From a virus (lineage: Duplodnaviria > Caudoviricetes), in the IMG/VR virus record IMGVR_UViG_3300035208_001807, positions 64,001-128,000 of that record: a DNA stretch of 64,000 nt, one strand, 5' to 3'. Below, piece by piece: positions 23,880 to 33,687 of this stretch (position 1 is its first letter; every line of letters begins with the position of its first letter). The translations under genes were made by a program, and so were the position numbers. Below the pieces are notes generated by a model. The model had not been told where the DNA came from. It searched no databases and saw nothing but the letters and a program-made list of their open reading frames with translations.

Positions 23880-25658
23880 GTGAATAGTCTTGAGCGTGTC
23901 ACATCTAGTGTTGATCGCTTATCAGTAGAGGCTATGCGCATGTCGGTGGCTAAGGCTGCAAAGCTTAATGAGATACTTAGCTTTCAGACTAAGGTCAAGC
24001 TCTCTCCTCTTCCAACTGAGGAGAATAAGATCCGTGGGTTCTTCGCAGACAAGCTCTATTATTTGTATGCAGAACGTTATGCCAATGTACTAAGCTCAAT
24101 CACGGGCCAAGCTAAGGAAAGAGTATATACTCTCTCCTCTGATCTTGGTGGCCTTTATAAAGCGCACTATGCAACTGCCCCCATCACAAGACAGTTAGCT
24201 AGCATTTATGCCAGAGTTATTGTACTTATAGCTAGCATGTTATCTTCTCGCCTACAGGGTAGAGTAGATAGATTCTATGATAGGGACCATAGTCTCTTTA
24301 AGCAGCGTGGTCCTTTTGCCAAGCAGTACCGTGGCTGGCGCCGCCGCCAGATGTACAAGCTTAATCATAATCTAGAGTCTCATTGTGCTACCTACTTTGA
24401 GGCTTTTGTTCCGCGTGAAGGACATGCCTTTAGTTGCCGGATGGCTTATCGCCAAGTCAATAGTCCTGGATATTCTGGTTCCAAGGTCCCTTATGGTGAA
24501 TGGTGTTCGAACTTCGCGGGTCTACTTCTTCGTAATATAGTAGCTGCAGATGTTCCGGGCGGCCACCGCTCTACTTCTGGTACTAGTAATATGCCAGGGT
24601 GTATTAACAATGCTATCCTTTCAGACTTAGCTATGGTTCCTATCTTTCAGGGGTTGGGACTAGCTTCTGGCTATGGATCGCCAGAGTTCCTATCAGTACG
24701 TAGCTCTCATCGATCTGACTCCACTCTAAGTACCCTTACAGCAGCTCTCTATTCTCCTAGTCCCGCCTATGTGGACTACATTAATCGTAACTGTAAGGAC
24801 ATACAGCCTGAGGAAGCCGTAGCCGAATTTGCTAGGGTATTTTCCTTGCGCTCTGCTGAGGGTCAGCGTATCCAAGAGACCTACCATCGTAAGCATGCCC
24901 TTCAAAGGCATCCTGCTTTTGTTAGGAGCTTCGGTAAGAAGCAACCGGCTATCCTCCCAACTCTAGATCGAGGTATGCTGGGTGCTCTTTGGGTTTCCTC
25001 AAGCAACTTATTTAATAAGGACTATGCAGCTACTGGTTTTTCACACCTAACTAACAACAATCTTAAGGCTGTTTATGACGGCGCTGATACTCTGAATGGA
25101 GCTGGTGCTGGGCACTGCCTCTTCTATGTTGCTGGTCCTAATATGAAGACCGAGATAAGGGATATGTCAGAGCTTAAGAGGCGTTCTGTCGATGACCATC
25201 TAGGGCAGATCTTAATGCCTGGCAACCTCTTTCGAGACCTACTCTTCGGAGATAGAGCCATCGCTGAGGTTGTCGATGTGTCCAGTGGCACCGTTGGTGT
25301 TGCTGACATTCCTGCCATTGAGGAATGGTTAATGCATAACTGCAGCATGGTTATAAGCTGGTCTCAGCCGGCTATCGATCACGCTGGTCTTCTTAAGGAC
25401 CCAGCTAGTAGTAGCATTGAGAGACATAGGTTTACGTCACTTATGGGTAGTGTAGCTACATCAATGCTAATGTTCGACAACCACAAGTCAGATGGTTACT
25501 TCCTCAATGCTCTTCTACAGATGGCTCCGTATCTTTCTAATGAGCATGTGGTTAAGGTAATCAATTCCCTTCTTGATCTGAAGATAGATGCTGTTAACTC
25601 TGGGATAACATCCATGGTGGCTCCCGATGCCGCAACTGTTACAACAGCTAGATCCTAA
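23880..25658 (+). CDS. Large hypothetical protein in the Ubl operon
   Basis: 592 aa, AGGAG RBS. Confidence 0.8.
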   Translation: MNSLERVTSSVDRLSVEAMRMSVAKAAKLNEILSFQTKVKLSPLPTEENKIRGFFADKLYYLYAERYANVLSSITGQAKERVYTLSSDLGGLYKAHYATAPITRQLASIYARVIVLIASMLSSRLQGRVDRFYDRDHSLFKQRGPFAKQYRGWRRRQMYKLNHNLESHCATYFEAFVPREGHAFSCRMAYRQVNSPGYSGSKVPYGEWCSNFAGLLLRNIVAADVPGGHRSTSGTSNMPGCINNAILSDLAMVPIFQGLGLASGYGSPEFLSVRSSHRSDSTLSTLTAALYSPSPAYVDYINRNCKDIQPEEAVAEFARVFSLRSAEGQRIQETYHRKHALQRHPAFVRSFGKKQPAILPTLDRGMLGALWVSSSNLFNKDYAATGFSHLTNNNLKAVYDGADTLNGAGAGHCLFYVAGPNMKTEIRDMSELKRRSVDDHLGQILMPGNLFRDLLFGDRAIAEVVDVSSGTVGVADIPAIEEWLMHNCSMVISWSQPAIDHAGLLKDPASSSIERHRFTSLMGSVATSMLMFDNHKSDGYFLNALLQMAPYLSNEHVVKVINSLLDLKIDAVNSGITSMVAPDAATVTTARS

Positions 25659-25986
25659 TATCTCTAGTAGGCTTCTAGAGAACCTGCTCACTAACATCTT
25701 TGGTGATGTGAAGCTTACAGCCGAGGATTCTATACGAGCACTGACTCTTGAGCAGCTACTTGAGCCAGCACATAGAGCTCGGCTTTATTCCCTGTTGGCC
25801 ACTAAGGCCAAGGAGTTAGTTGATCTTCTTGACGCGGACAGCAGGCTAGCACCCAATGCGCAGGGCACTGGCGAGCTTAAGTTCTTGGAAGATATTGCCG
25901 AGAAGGACAAGTCGAGCGAGGGCGTGGCCCTCATCATAAATGCTTTGTCGCTTATGAGATCTTTAGATGCTGATGACTACATATAA
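25627..25986 (+). CDS. Helical hypothetical protein
   Basis: 119 aa, overlaps both neighbours. Confidence 0.7.
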   Translation: MPQLLQQLDPNISSRLLENLLTNIFGDVKLTAEDSIRALTLEQLLEPAHRARLYSLLATKAKELVDLLDADSRLAPNAQGTGELKFLEDIAEKDKSSEGVALIINALSLMRSLDADDYI

Positions 25987-26881
25987 TGCTAGTGCATTGA
26001 GGGTAAAGATGGCTGAAGATACTGCACCTGTCGTTCAGATCGAACTCACTACAACCTCAGCGACTATCACTACCAAGCATCAGGCCTCGGGGTCTTCTCG
26101 TGTAGAGATTGTATCCCCTAAGCAGCTATTTGAGACTATCTCTGAAGCTTATAAGCCATTCAGAGTCGACTCAACTCCTATCCTGCCTGTTACAGGTAAG
26201 GATTATACAGCTGTGCGCTTCTGGTCTTCCTCACAGATCACCCATAAGACGACGGTAATCTCAGAGGGGTCGGCAGGACCGCGGACCTTAACCACTAAGT
26301 TGCATCGTGGCAATATTGAAGGGACTATGCTGGCCTCACTAAAGGCCTTGGCCATCAAGTTTCCTAGCAAGGTTACTCTTGATCCAGGTCCTGCTACTGG
26401 CTATGTTGAACTTAAGTTCACTCTGAATCTACCTTATATGCTATTGGTTACTGAGCTTGTACATGCTGCTCAGCCTGGAGTCTCAACTCTAGGTAAGTGT
26501 ACCATCTGCTTCTCTGACCTACCCTTCGCTTCCTTTGACCAGCGAGTTTATGTAGGCTCTCTTCCCAATCTCCATACTCCTCATGGTGGGCCGGGATCTA
26601 ACATCTGTTGGGGCACAGTCTTTGGAGAGGACCACAATATGACGCTGGCCAATGTGGGAACATTAGCTCCTATGTTTTACAACTCTGCCTTTAACTCAGA
26701 CCTATGTGGTCTTGAGTGGTATAGAGAGTTCCTACCTCTACTCCTTGAGCGGGACAAAGTGGATGAAGCGGCCTTTAGAGAGATTAAAGAGGCCCTTAGT
26801 ACCGAGTCTGGGCGTCGTGGAAGTTATTTCTATGCAGCCGGATCGTTATCCAAGCTGCTGGAGGGCGTATCAAATGAGTGA
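25967..26881 (+). CDS. Prokaryotic E2-like conjugating enzyme (Prok-E2_D-like)
   Basis: LPNLH..GSNICWG and FYNSAFNSDL motifs. Confidence 0.75.
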   Translation: MLMTTYNASALRVKMAEDTAPVVQIELTTTSATITTKHQASGSSRVEIVSPKQLFETISEAYKPFRVDSTPILPVTGKDYTAVRFWSSSQITHKTTVISEGSAGPRTLTTKLHRGNIEGTMLASLKALAIKFPSKVTLDPGPATGYVELKFTLNLPYMLLVTELVHAAQPGVSTLGKCTICFSDLPFASFDQRVYVGSLPNLHTPHGGPGSNICWGTVFGEDHNMTLANVGTLAPMFYNSAFNSDLCGLEWYREFLPLLLERDKVDEAAFREIKEALSTESGRRGSYFYAAGSLSKLLEGVSNE

Positions 26882-27998
26882 CATTAACCAGATGGAGTTG
26901 GGCCTTAAGAAGCGTGAGCCTCAAGTAGTTACTCCTATTAGCCCAGCTGTCCTGGCTGTCCAGCGTGGGATGATTGACTATGTAGTTGACTTCGAAGGAG
27001 ACCCCTATACGGTTGAGGTGAAGAAGCCCAAGACCTTTGTTCTTCGTGGCGATGGACTATGGTGTATCTTTGATAGACCCTTTGCAAGGTTCGTCGCGAA
27101 GCTCTCTGATGTTTCCTATCCCGCTTTGCCAGCTAACTTTAAGGCAGGCTTCAGGCTTAAGATCCCTAAGTTCTCTGGCAAGGACTACGCTAAGATCGTT
27201 GAACTCTTTCGTAGTTATGTTGCCGAGGGCTATTCGGGAGCCTCAGAAGCTCTGACCCAAATCTTTTGGGACTCTAACAAGCAGGAGTACTTTGTTAACA
27301 TACCTATCCAGGTTGTTAATGGGGCCGCTGTTCACTATGACTTCTCGAAGCAGGATGTACGCACTAAGGAACTAGGCGTCTTCCATGTCTTTGATATTCA
27401 TAGCCATAATACTATGTCGGCTTTCTTCAGTGGCACAGATGACACGGATGAGCAAGGCTCATATTTCTTTGGTGTCGTAGGCCATCTTAACGACGACAGA
27501 AGTGAGCACTCATTCCGCTTTGGTATCGATGGTGTCTTTACTGATATTGAACCGGAAGAAGTGATTGACTTAGCTTCCTATGAGGTGAGTGCTGAAGCCT
27601 ATCCTAAAGAGTGGCGTGATAATATCTCCATGGATATGGATAAGTACTCACCCAAGGAAGATCGCTGGGGCATGCAGATGGCCCAGTGGGATCGTAAGGG
27701 ATATGGCAAGCTCTGGGGCGAGGATGATTTCTCTGGAGTACATCGGTATGATCCCGAACGTATCGCTGAACGGGCCGGCCTAAGCGGACTGGGCGAGGAC
27801 GACAAAGAAGATTTCATTGACGTTCTTGATACTTTGTACGTCATGAACCTCAGGCCAGCGATGCTTCGCCGACTGATGAAGGATCTGTTTAACCATGAAG
27901 CATATGGCGCAGAGGCTAAGATGGTTGCCTCTCAGATGCTAGCTGCTGCTCGGGACGCTAAAGCGTCCAAGAAGTTTAAGAAGGGACCCAAGTCATGA
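26874..27998 (+). CDS. JAB/MPN metallopeptidase
   Basis: E..DIHSHNTMSAFFSGTDDTDE (HxH-x7-S-xx-D); start set at ATG 26874. Confidence 0.9.
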   Translation: MSDINQMELGLKKREPQVVTPISPAVLAVQRGMIDYVVDFEGDPYTVEVKKPKTFVLRGDGLWCIFDRPFARFVAKLSDVSYPALPANFKAGFRLKIPKFSGKDYAKIVELFRSYVAEGYSGASEALTQIFWDSNKQEYFVNIPIQVVNGAAVHYDFSKQDVRTKELGVFHVFDIHSHNTMSAFFSGTDDTDEQGSYFFGVVGHLNDDRSEHSFRFGIDGVFTDIEPEEVIDLASYEVSAEAYPKEWRDNISMDMDKYSPKEDRWGMQMAQWDRKGYGKLWGEDDFSGVHRYDPERIAERAGLSGLGEDDKEDFIDVLDTLYVMNLRPAMLRRLMKDLFNHEAYGAEAKMVASQMLAAARDAKASKKFKKGPKS

Positions 27999-29623
27999 GG
28001 GCTTACATAGGAAGTTCTCCTGTAGTCTCGGCGCCTACTGTCGCTCCTGTTGTAGCACCTGCTACTGTTGTGACTAAGGTTACTCCCGCTCTTACTATTG
28101 AGACTGTTCATTCTATTCCTACTGCTCCCTATTACTTATCCTTTGCAGTTGGAAGTACAAACGACGATGAGCTATGGGCTCCGGCTATTAACATTGTCTA
28201 TGTTATTGGCTGCGGTGGCACGGGTGGGTTCGTTATCCGAGAACTTACCAGATACATTTCTACTCTCCCCTATGCTGATAGGACTATGATTGTCCTTATC
28301 GATGGAGATACAGTAGAGAAGAAGAACCTAACAAGACAGAACTTTGTTGAGAGGGATCTTGGTAAGAATAAGGCTGCCGTCCTTGCTCAGAGGTATGGTC
28401 AGGCCTTTGGTGTTACTGCTGTTAGCATTCCTGAACACCTAACGAAGGACAACATTGGTACACTGCTATCTCTTCGTGGGTTCCAGATGCTTGTTGAAGC
28501 CCATAAGCCAGCTTTGATCACTAAGGAAGAAGTAGTTTCATATCATGGCTACTCGGAGACTCCGGGCAACGTAGTGATCATCTCATGTGTAGATAATCAT
28601 AAGACCCGTTCCTTGATTAGTACACATCTGGGTTTAGCTAAGCAGGTTCCCTCTATCTGGAAGCAGAATCTAAAGTCTGTTCAGAGTGGCGCCTTCTATC
28701 GTTGTGATCCTTCTCATACATTTGATGCTAACATTACTTCACCTAAGCGGGTTACCTCACTTGCGTGGATTGACTCAGGCAATGAGGCTCGCTCTGGGCA
28801 AGTCTTTGTTCACTATGACTCCTTCTTCCATGAGCCTAGCCCTCATTTCTTACAGGATAGTAATGACGACTATAAGAATCTTGGGACTGGTGATAGCAGT
28901 TCGCCACTTGGGCTTATAGGCTCGTCTACTGCGGGTATGAACTATACTGCCCCGGCTAGCTTCTTTGCAGCGCTACTTGAGACTAACTACTTCCCTGGGC
29001 TAATAGCTCCTGGTCAGAGGAGAAACGAGGGTCCGGGTAGTATGAATCCTAAGGATCAACTTGAAGGTAGTATCCTAGCTTACACAAAAGTCTTGACTCA
29101 TGACTCTGATTACCTTAGACCTGGTGGTGTACAAGGAGTTATCAGTAGTGCTATTACTGGAGTTGTAGAGGATGCCCGAAAAGAGAAGCTCTTAAGGGAT
29201 ACCATCAAGCTCTATGATCCGCTTAAGGATCCTGGTCATCGGATGGCAGAGATGATCCGCGGGCTTGTTATCAGTAATAGCTACAAGTTCCTACGTGGAC
29301 ACATGACTCCACCAGTAACCTATATGTATCCCGATGTCTTTGCTGGCGAGAATGACAAGCTGAATACTGAGCTGAGTTGCGCCGAGCAGGCACTTGCAGA
29401 TCCTCAGACTCTGATGGTTAATGTCCAAGCAGCAGCCTATGTTATGGACTATGTCTCTAGGGTGCTAGCTTCTAATCCAAAGACCGCTTTCTTAGATAGC
29501 TTTGGGTGTGCGTGGAACGGGCCTAACTGTAAAGAGTTCCACATGACTAGAACAAATATAGAGAAGGTGTTAGAATCAGTTTCTAAGTGCCTAACCGTCC
29601 GGGAGGATGAGAGCAATGGGTAA
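27995..29623 (+). CDS. ThiF/E1-like activating enzyme
   Basis: VIGCGGTGG, DGDTVEKKNLTRQNF, GKNKA, CVDN, IDSGN, SCAE. Confidence 0.92.
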   Translation: MRAYIGSSPVVSAPTVAPVVAPATVVTKVTPALTIETVHSIPTAPYYLSFAVGSTNDDELWAPAINIVYVIGCGGTGGFVIRELTRYISTLPYADRTMIVLIDGDTVEKKNLTRQNFVERDLGKNKAAVLAQRYGQAFGVTAVSIPEHLTKDNIGTLLSLRGFQMLVEAHKPALITKEEVVSYHGYSETPGNVVIISCVDNHKTRSLISTHLGLAKQVPSIWKQNLKSVQSGAFYRCDPSHTFDANITSPKRVTSLAWIDSGNEARSGQVFVHYDSFFHEPSPHFLQDSNDDYKNLGTGDSSSPLGLIGSSTAGMNYTAPASFFAALLETNYFPGLIAPGQRRNEGPGSMNPKDQLEGSILAYTKVLTHDSDYLRPGGVQGVISSAITGVVEDARKEKLLRDTIKLYDPLKDPGHRMAEMIRGLVISNSYKFLRGHMTPPVTYMYPDVFAGENDKLNTELSCAEQALADPQTLMVNVQAAAYVMDYVSRVLASNPKTAFLDSFGCAWNGPNCKEFHMTRTNIEKVLESVSKCLTVREDESNG

Positions 29624-30491
29624 GCTAACGATCTTGAAGGGGCTGCCGGCCAGTGGCAAGAGCACTATGGCTCAGGAGCTATGTCTCAAGAACAAAAAGA
29701 CTGCGCGCTTGAACAAGGATCTCCTTCGTGAGATGCTTCACTTTGGTGGCTACCATGGTGATAATGAGCGCTGGGTCGTCCAGTTTGAGTACGACATGGC
29801 TCACCAGTTACTAGCACATGGCTACAATGTAGTAGTTGATGACACTAATCTCAACCCTGCACATGAGCGAAAGTACCGCGAGATTGCTGAGCCCGAGCAC
29901 ACTGTTGAAGTAGTCAGGATGAGCACCTCTGTTGATGAGTGCATCCTGCGCGATGGGGTGCGCAAGTCAATGGGCCAACGGTTCGTGGGTAAGGATAACA
30001 TCCTTAACATGGCGTTCCAGTTTGGCCTAGTCCAGCAGCATAACACTTGTGTTGTGTTTGACATGGATGGTACCCTCGCTGAGGTAACCCATAGGCGCCA
30101 CTTCGTACGTGATCTTCCTGCGGGCCAGAAGCCCGATTGGGATGCCTTCTTTAAGGCTTGCCCCGATGACACTCCTCGGCAGGCTGTTGTCGAGAAGCTT
30201 TTAGCAGCCAAGGCTGCAGGACATGATGTTATAGTCTGCTCTGCACGCCCTGAGCCCTATCGGGACATGACTGCTGCATGGCTAGGCAAGTATGGTATTC
30301 CGTATGACCGATTGATCATGCGTAGGAACCGAGACTACAGGCCCGATGAGATTGTCAAGAAAGAGTTCCTTGACAAATATCTAGATAGGACTAAGATAGT
30401 CAAAGTTTATGATGACCGCCCAAAGATAGTTCGCATGTGGAGGGCGGAAGGTTTAGATTGTGAAGATGTTGGTGATGGTGTAGAATTCTAG
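29607..30491 (+). CDS. pseT: Polynucleotide 5'-kinase/3'-phosphatase
   Basis: GLPASGKST P-loop; HAD motif FDMDGTL; YDDR..MWR. Confidence 0.92.
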   Translation: MRAMGKLTILKGLPASGKSTMAQELCLKNKKTARLNKDLLREMLHFGGYHGDNERWVVQFEYDMAHQLLAHGYNVVVDDTNLNPAHERKYREIAEPEHTVEVVRMSTSVDECILRDGVRKSMGQRFVGKDNILNMAFQFGLVQQHNTCVVFDMDGTLAEVTHRRHFVRDLPAGQKPDWDAFFKACPDDTPRQAVVEKLLAAKAAGHDVIVCSARPEPYRDMTAAWLGKYGIPYDRLIMRRNRDYRPDEIVKKEFLDKYLDRTKIVKVYDDRPKIVRMWRAEGLDCEDVGDGVEF

Positions 30492-30513
30492 TACTAAGTC
30501 CAGGAGGACTTCG

Positions 30514-30825
30514 ATGAAGGTCACAGTTGGCAGTTCCGAGTATACGGTTAAGTTTGCTTACGAGGGAACTCGTGGCAACAAGACCACGATTTGCTGGGTG
30601 TCTGGGCCCGATCGCAATTCAATGGGAATGGCGAAGGTTCACCCGAACGACATCGGCAAGTTCAACAAAGCCGTAGGGCGTAAGCTTGCCCTCTCCAAGG
30701 CTCTCGGGACTCATCCCGGACGCCTGATTCCTGAGGAGAGGCGCCCCTATAAGGCTGAAGTTCGTACTGCAATTTGGAAGTCTTACTTCCAATACTGCAA
30801 GAGCGAGGGAGTAACCCCCGCTTAA
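30514..30825 (+). CDS. Conserved phage hypothetical protein
   Basis: AKVHPND..FNKAVGRKLAL pattern. Confidence 0.75.
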   Translation: MKVTVGSSEYTVKFAYEGTRGNKTTICWVSGPDRNSMGMAKVHPNDIGKFNKAVGRKLALSKALGTHPGRLIPEERRPYKAEVRTAIWKSYFQYCKSEGVTPA

Positions 30826-30834
30826 GGAGGGGTT

Positions 30835-31581
30835 ATGGATCCCAAGAGTGTAGTTATACTTAGAACACTGGTAGGCTCACAGGCCCATGGTCTGGCGACA
30901 CCCACTAGTGACATAGACTACAGGGCAGTATTCCTACTGCCTACCTCCGAGCATCTCAAGCTTGGCGGCACTGTGAGTGCTGTTGATTGGAAGGAGGGCG
31001 AGCAGGATAACACGGCCTACGAGATAGGTCATTTCCTTCACCTCGCCCTTCAGTCCAATCCTTCTATACTTGAAGTCTTAGGTGGTCCTGTAGAAGAGTC
31101 TAACAAGTGGGGTGAAGAACTCCGTACTCTCCTACCTGATCTCTGGACATCCAGACGTGTTCTCGATTCCTTTACTGGCTACTCTCGTAACCAGCAGAAG
31201 AAGTTCTTCGAGGACAAGGATGGCAAGACGTGGAAGTATGCTGTAGCTTATGCCAGAGTTCTTCTACTTGGCATAGAGCTACTGCGACACGGCACGTTAA
31301 CAGTCAGCCTAGAAAAGATGAGTAAGAACCCTGAGATGCTAAAGCTATCTCCTAAGGGTTGGTTAAACCCTGAATGGATAGGCGGCGGCGAACATCCTCT
31401 TGAACTCGATGAGGTTCTTAGGATGGTTAAGGCTGGCTTTGTCAGCAAGGGCATGGTCGTTGATTGGTGCGAGTCTCTGCGTCGTGAGATGCAGAAGGCT
31501 TACGATGCTAATCCCAATCATATAGCTAACCAGGATAAGGTCAACGAGTTCTTACTAAGGCTTAGGCGGGAGAACTGGTAA
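30835..31581 (+). CDS. Pol-beta superfamily nucleotidyltransferase (RlaP/YcgL-like)
   Basis: GSQAHGLATPTSDIDYR; NPSILE. Confidence 0.88.
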   Translation: MDPKSVVILRTLVGSQAHGLATPTSDIDYRAVFLLPTSEHLKLGGTVSAVDWKEGEQDNTAYEIGHFLHLALQSNPSILEVLGGPVEESNKWGEELRTLLPDLWTSRRVLDSFTGYSRNQQKKFFEDKDGKTWKYAVAYARVLLLGIELLRHGTLTVSLEKMSKNPEMLKLSPKGWLNPEWIGGGEHPLELDEVLRMVKAGFVSKGMVVDWCESLRREMQKAYDANPNHIANQDKVNEFLLRLRRENW

Positions 31582-32264
31582 TGCCTAATGCTGGATTCGA
31601 ACAAGAGCGGCGCCGTCGCAACCCGAAGGTGCCGCTATTTGTTTATCAGCGGGAGCGCAAGGGAAGCCGCATGTGCTTCCACTGTGCTAAGTGGAAGAAG
31701 CTCACTGAGTATGGGTGGGATGGGCACGGCAATAGGCGTGGCATCTGCCTACTCTGTATGAGAGCTTACAGACATAAGCATGAGATTCACAAGAGATCGT
31801 TGCCTGGGAAGATGCCCAAGACTCAGGTCTGTAACAAATGCAAGAAGCTTTTACCCGCCTGTTGTTTCCCACGTCGTGAAGAGTTCGATAAGAAGATAGA
31901 TGGTCTTTGTATGTGGTGCGGTTCTCGCCCACGCTACCGTCGATATGCTCGCCTGCATACAGAGAGGTATGCCGAGGCTAGACAGTCTCGGATTATTAAC
32001 CCAGAGAAGGCTAGGCTTACTGATGCTAGACATAAGCTCCGGCAAAAGGGGCAAGGCCTTATAATAGCGGAACGGAAGCAATTAAGCTTACGTAGAGCCA
32101 GACATGAAGCTAGGCTAGTTGGCTCAGCTAACCCAGTTAAGATGGGATTAAGTTCAACGGAATCTCAGAGCAGTGATTCCGCTGGAGCCCATATCAGTAC
32201 AACGCAACAGAGGGTGCGTGGTAGCTTTCCTAACCACGCTATATTTAGCAAGAGGAGAAGGTAA
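31581..32264 (+). CDS. Basic Zn-finger protein
   Basis: Four CxxC pairs, Arg/Lys-rich; no HNH motif seen. Confidence 0.65.
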   Translation: MPNAGFEQERRRRNPKVPLFVYQRERKGSRMCFHCAKWKKLTEYGWDGHGNRRGICLLCMRAYRHKHEIHKRSLPGKMPKTQVCNKCKKLLPACCFPRREEFDKKIDGLCMWCGSRPRYRRYARLHTERYAEARQSRIINPEKARLTDARHKLRQKGQGLIIAERKQLSLRRARHEARLVGSANPVKMGLSSTESQSSDSAGAHISTTQQRVRGSFPNHAIFSKRRR

Positions 32265-32539
32265 TGATCTCACGTACTTGTGATATTTGTAAGCAACCCA
32301 AAGAGGTTGCTGAGAATATTCTTATTGGAATGCTAGGCGGCGTTAAGCTAGACATCAAACTAGGCATCTATAAGCAAGGCGAGGGAGACATCTGTGTAGA
32401 TTGTGCGCGCCAGATCCTCAAAGACGTTGTTGAGAAGGGTGTCTTTCGTGGGCGCCTGATTGAGATGCCTGCTGATTATGTACCACTTGTTGCACCTGCT
32501 GCTGAAGTGAAGCTGAACTATTCGCTAACCCATAAGTAA
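32264..32539 (+). CDS. Small Zn-binding protein
   Basis: CDIC..CVDC. Confidence 0.7.
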   Translation: MISRTCDICKQPKEVAENILIGMLGGVKLDIKLGIYKQGEGDICVDCARQILKDVVEKGVFRGRLIEMPADYVPLVAPAAEVKLNYSLTHK

Positions 32540-32547
32540 GGTCTACC

Positions 32548-33687
32548 ATGCCGTTGCACATACAAAACTTCCTTCGTAACCCGAAGAACAACCTAGAGGA
32601 CTTAACTCGGTTACTAGGAGTTGAGTATAAGGTTGTTGATGGCAAGGTTGTCATCAACTATAGCATGTTCGACTCACCCAAGGCCCATCCTATTGTTAAG
32701 GAATGCCGCGGGCTGATTCTCTATGAGGGCTCTTGGGACATTGCTTCAATGGCATTTGAGAGGTTCTTCAACCTAGGCGAAGGCCCCGACCAAGACCTAG
32801 GAGCAAGGGATTTATCTAAGGGCTTAGTCTATCCGAAGCTTGACGGCACAATGTGCTCTCTATGGTTCGACAGGACTACAAACAAGTGGACAGTTTCCAC
32901 CCGTTCCATGGTCTATGCTGATGGCGCGGTGGGCACTCTGTCTACCAAGACATTCAAGGATCTATTCTGGGAAGCTGCCGATGCTACGGCTCTTCCTGGT
33001 GCTACGCTTGACAAGGATAACGAGATTCTCAACTCTCGTTATACCTATGTCTTTGAGCTAACCTCTCCCGAGAACAGGATTGTAACTCCGTACACAGCAC
33101 CTCAGATTCACCTCTTAACTGCTCGTAATCTAGACACACTAGATGAAGTATCACATGAGGAGATGCGTCGTCTTGCGCTTGCGATGAATGTGTGGCCGAT
33201 CCTTCCTGTTAAACTAACCGATTGGAAGGAACTATTATCCTTTCCTAAGTTGGCCCCCACCGATGAGGGCTATGTTATAGCGTTCCCCTCAAAGGAAGGC
33301 TCCCATCGTAGGCTTAAAGTTAAGAACCCTGCCTACCTAGCTATAGCCCACATGGTTACTGCTCCTACAGAGCGTAACTTTATGGATCTAGTGAGGACTG
33401 GTGCAGCCGATGAGTTCCTTGTGTACTATCCTGAGTACACAGATAACATCAAGCGCCTGTCTGCTGGCCTCCAGAGGGTAGCCGAGATAGTTCGTAGGGA
33501 CTATGTGGACCTGGATTCTATTAAGGATCGCAAGTCCTTTGCTATAGAAGCAGTTAAGAGGCGTTACCCCTCTGTTCTATTTGCCATGAGGGATGGCAAG
33601 GTTACCAATCTGGCACAGGATTTGTTGCTCATGCCTATAGATGCGTTGTTGTCAATGATCAAGAGGTCAGAGGGTACAAATGACTAA
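32548..33687 (+). CDS. RNA ligase, T4 Rnl1-like
   Basis: ECRGLIL, RFFNLGE, KLDGT, FEL.SPEN, EGYV, KVKN. Confidence 0.92.
   Translation: MPLHIQNFLRNPKNNLEDLTRLLGVEYKVVDGKVVINYSMFDSPKAHPIVKECRGLILYEGSWDIASMAFERFFNLGEGPDQDLGARDLSKGLVYPKLDGTMCSLWFDRTTNKWTVSTRSMVYADGAVGTLSTKTFKDLFWEAADATALPGATLDKDNEILNSRYTYVFELTSPENRIVTPYTAPQIHLLTARNLDTLDEVSHEEMRRLALAMNVWPILPVKLTDWKELLSFPKLAPTDEGYVIAFPSKEGSHRRLKVKNPAYLAIAHMVTAPTERNFMDLVRTGAADEFLVYYPEYTDNIKRLSAGLQRVAEIVRRDYVDLDSIKDRKSFAIEAVKRRYPSVLFAMRDGKVTNLAQDLLLMPIDALLSMIKRSEGTND

Noticed and set aside
31581-32264. Homing endonuclease call
   Set aside because: CxxC repeats are present but no HNH or GIY-YIG catalytic motif was found.
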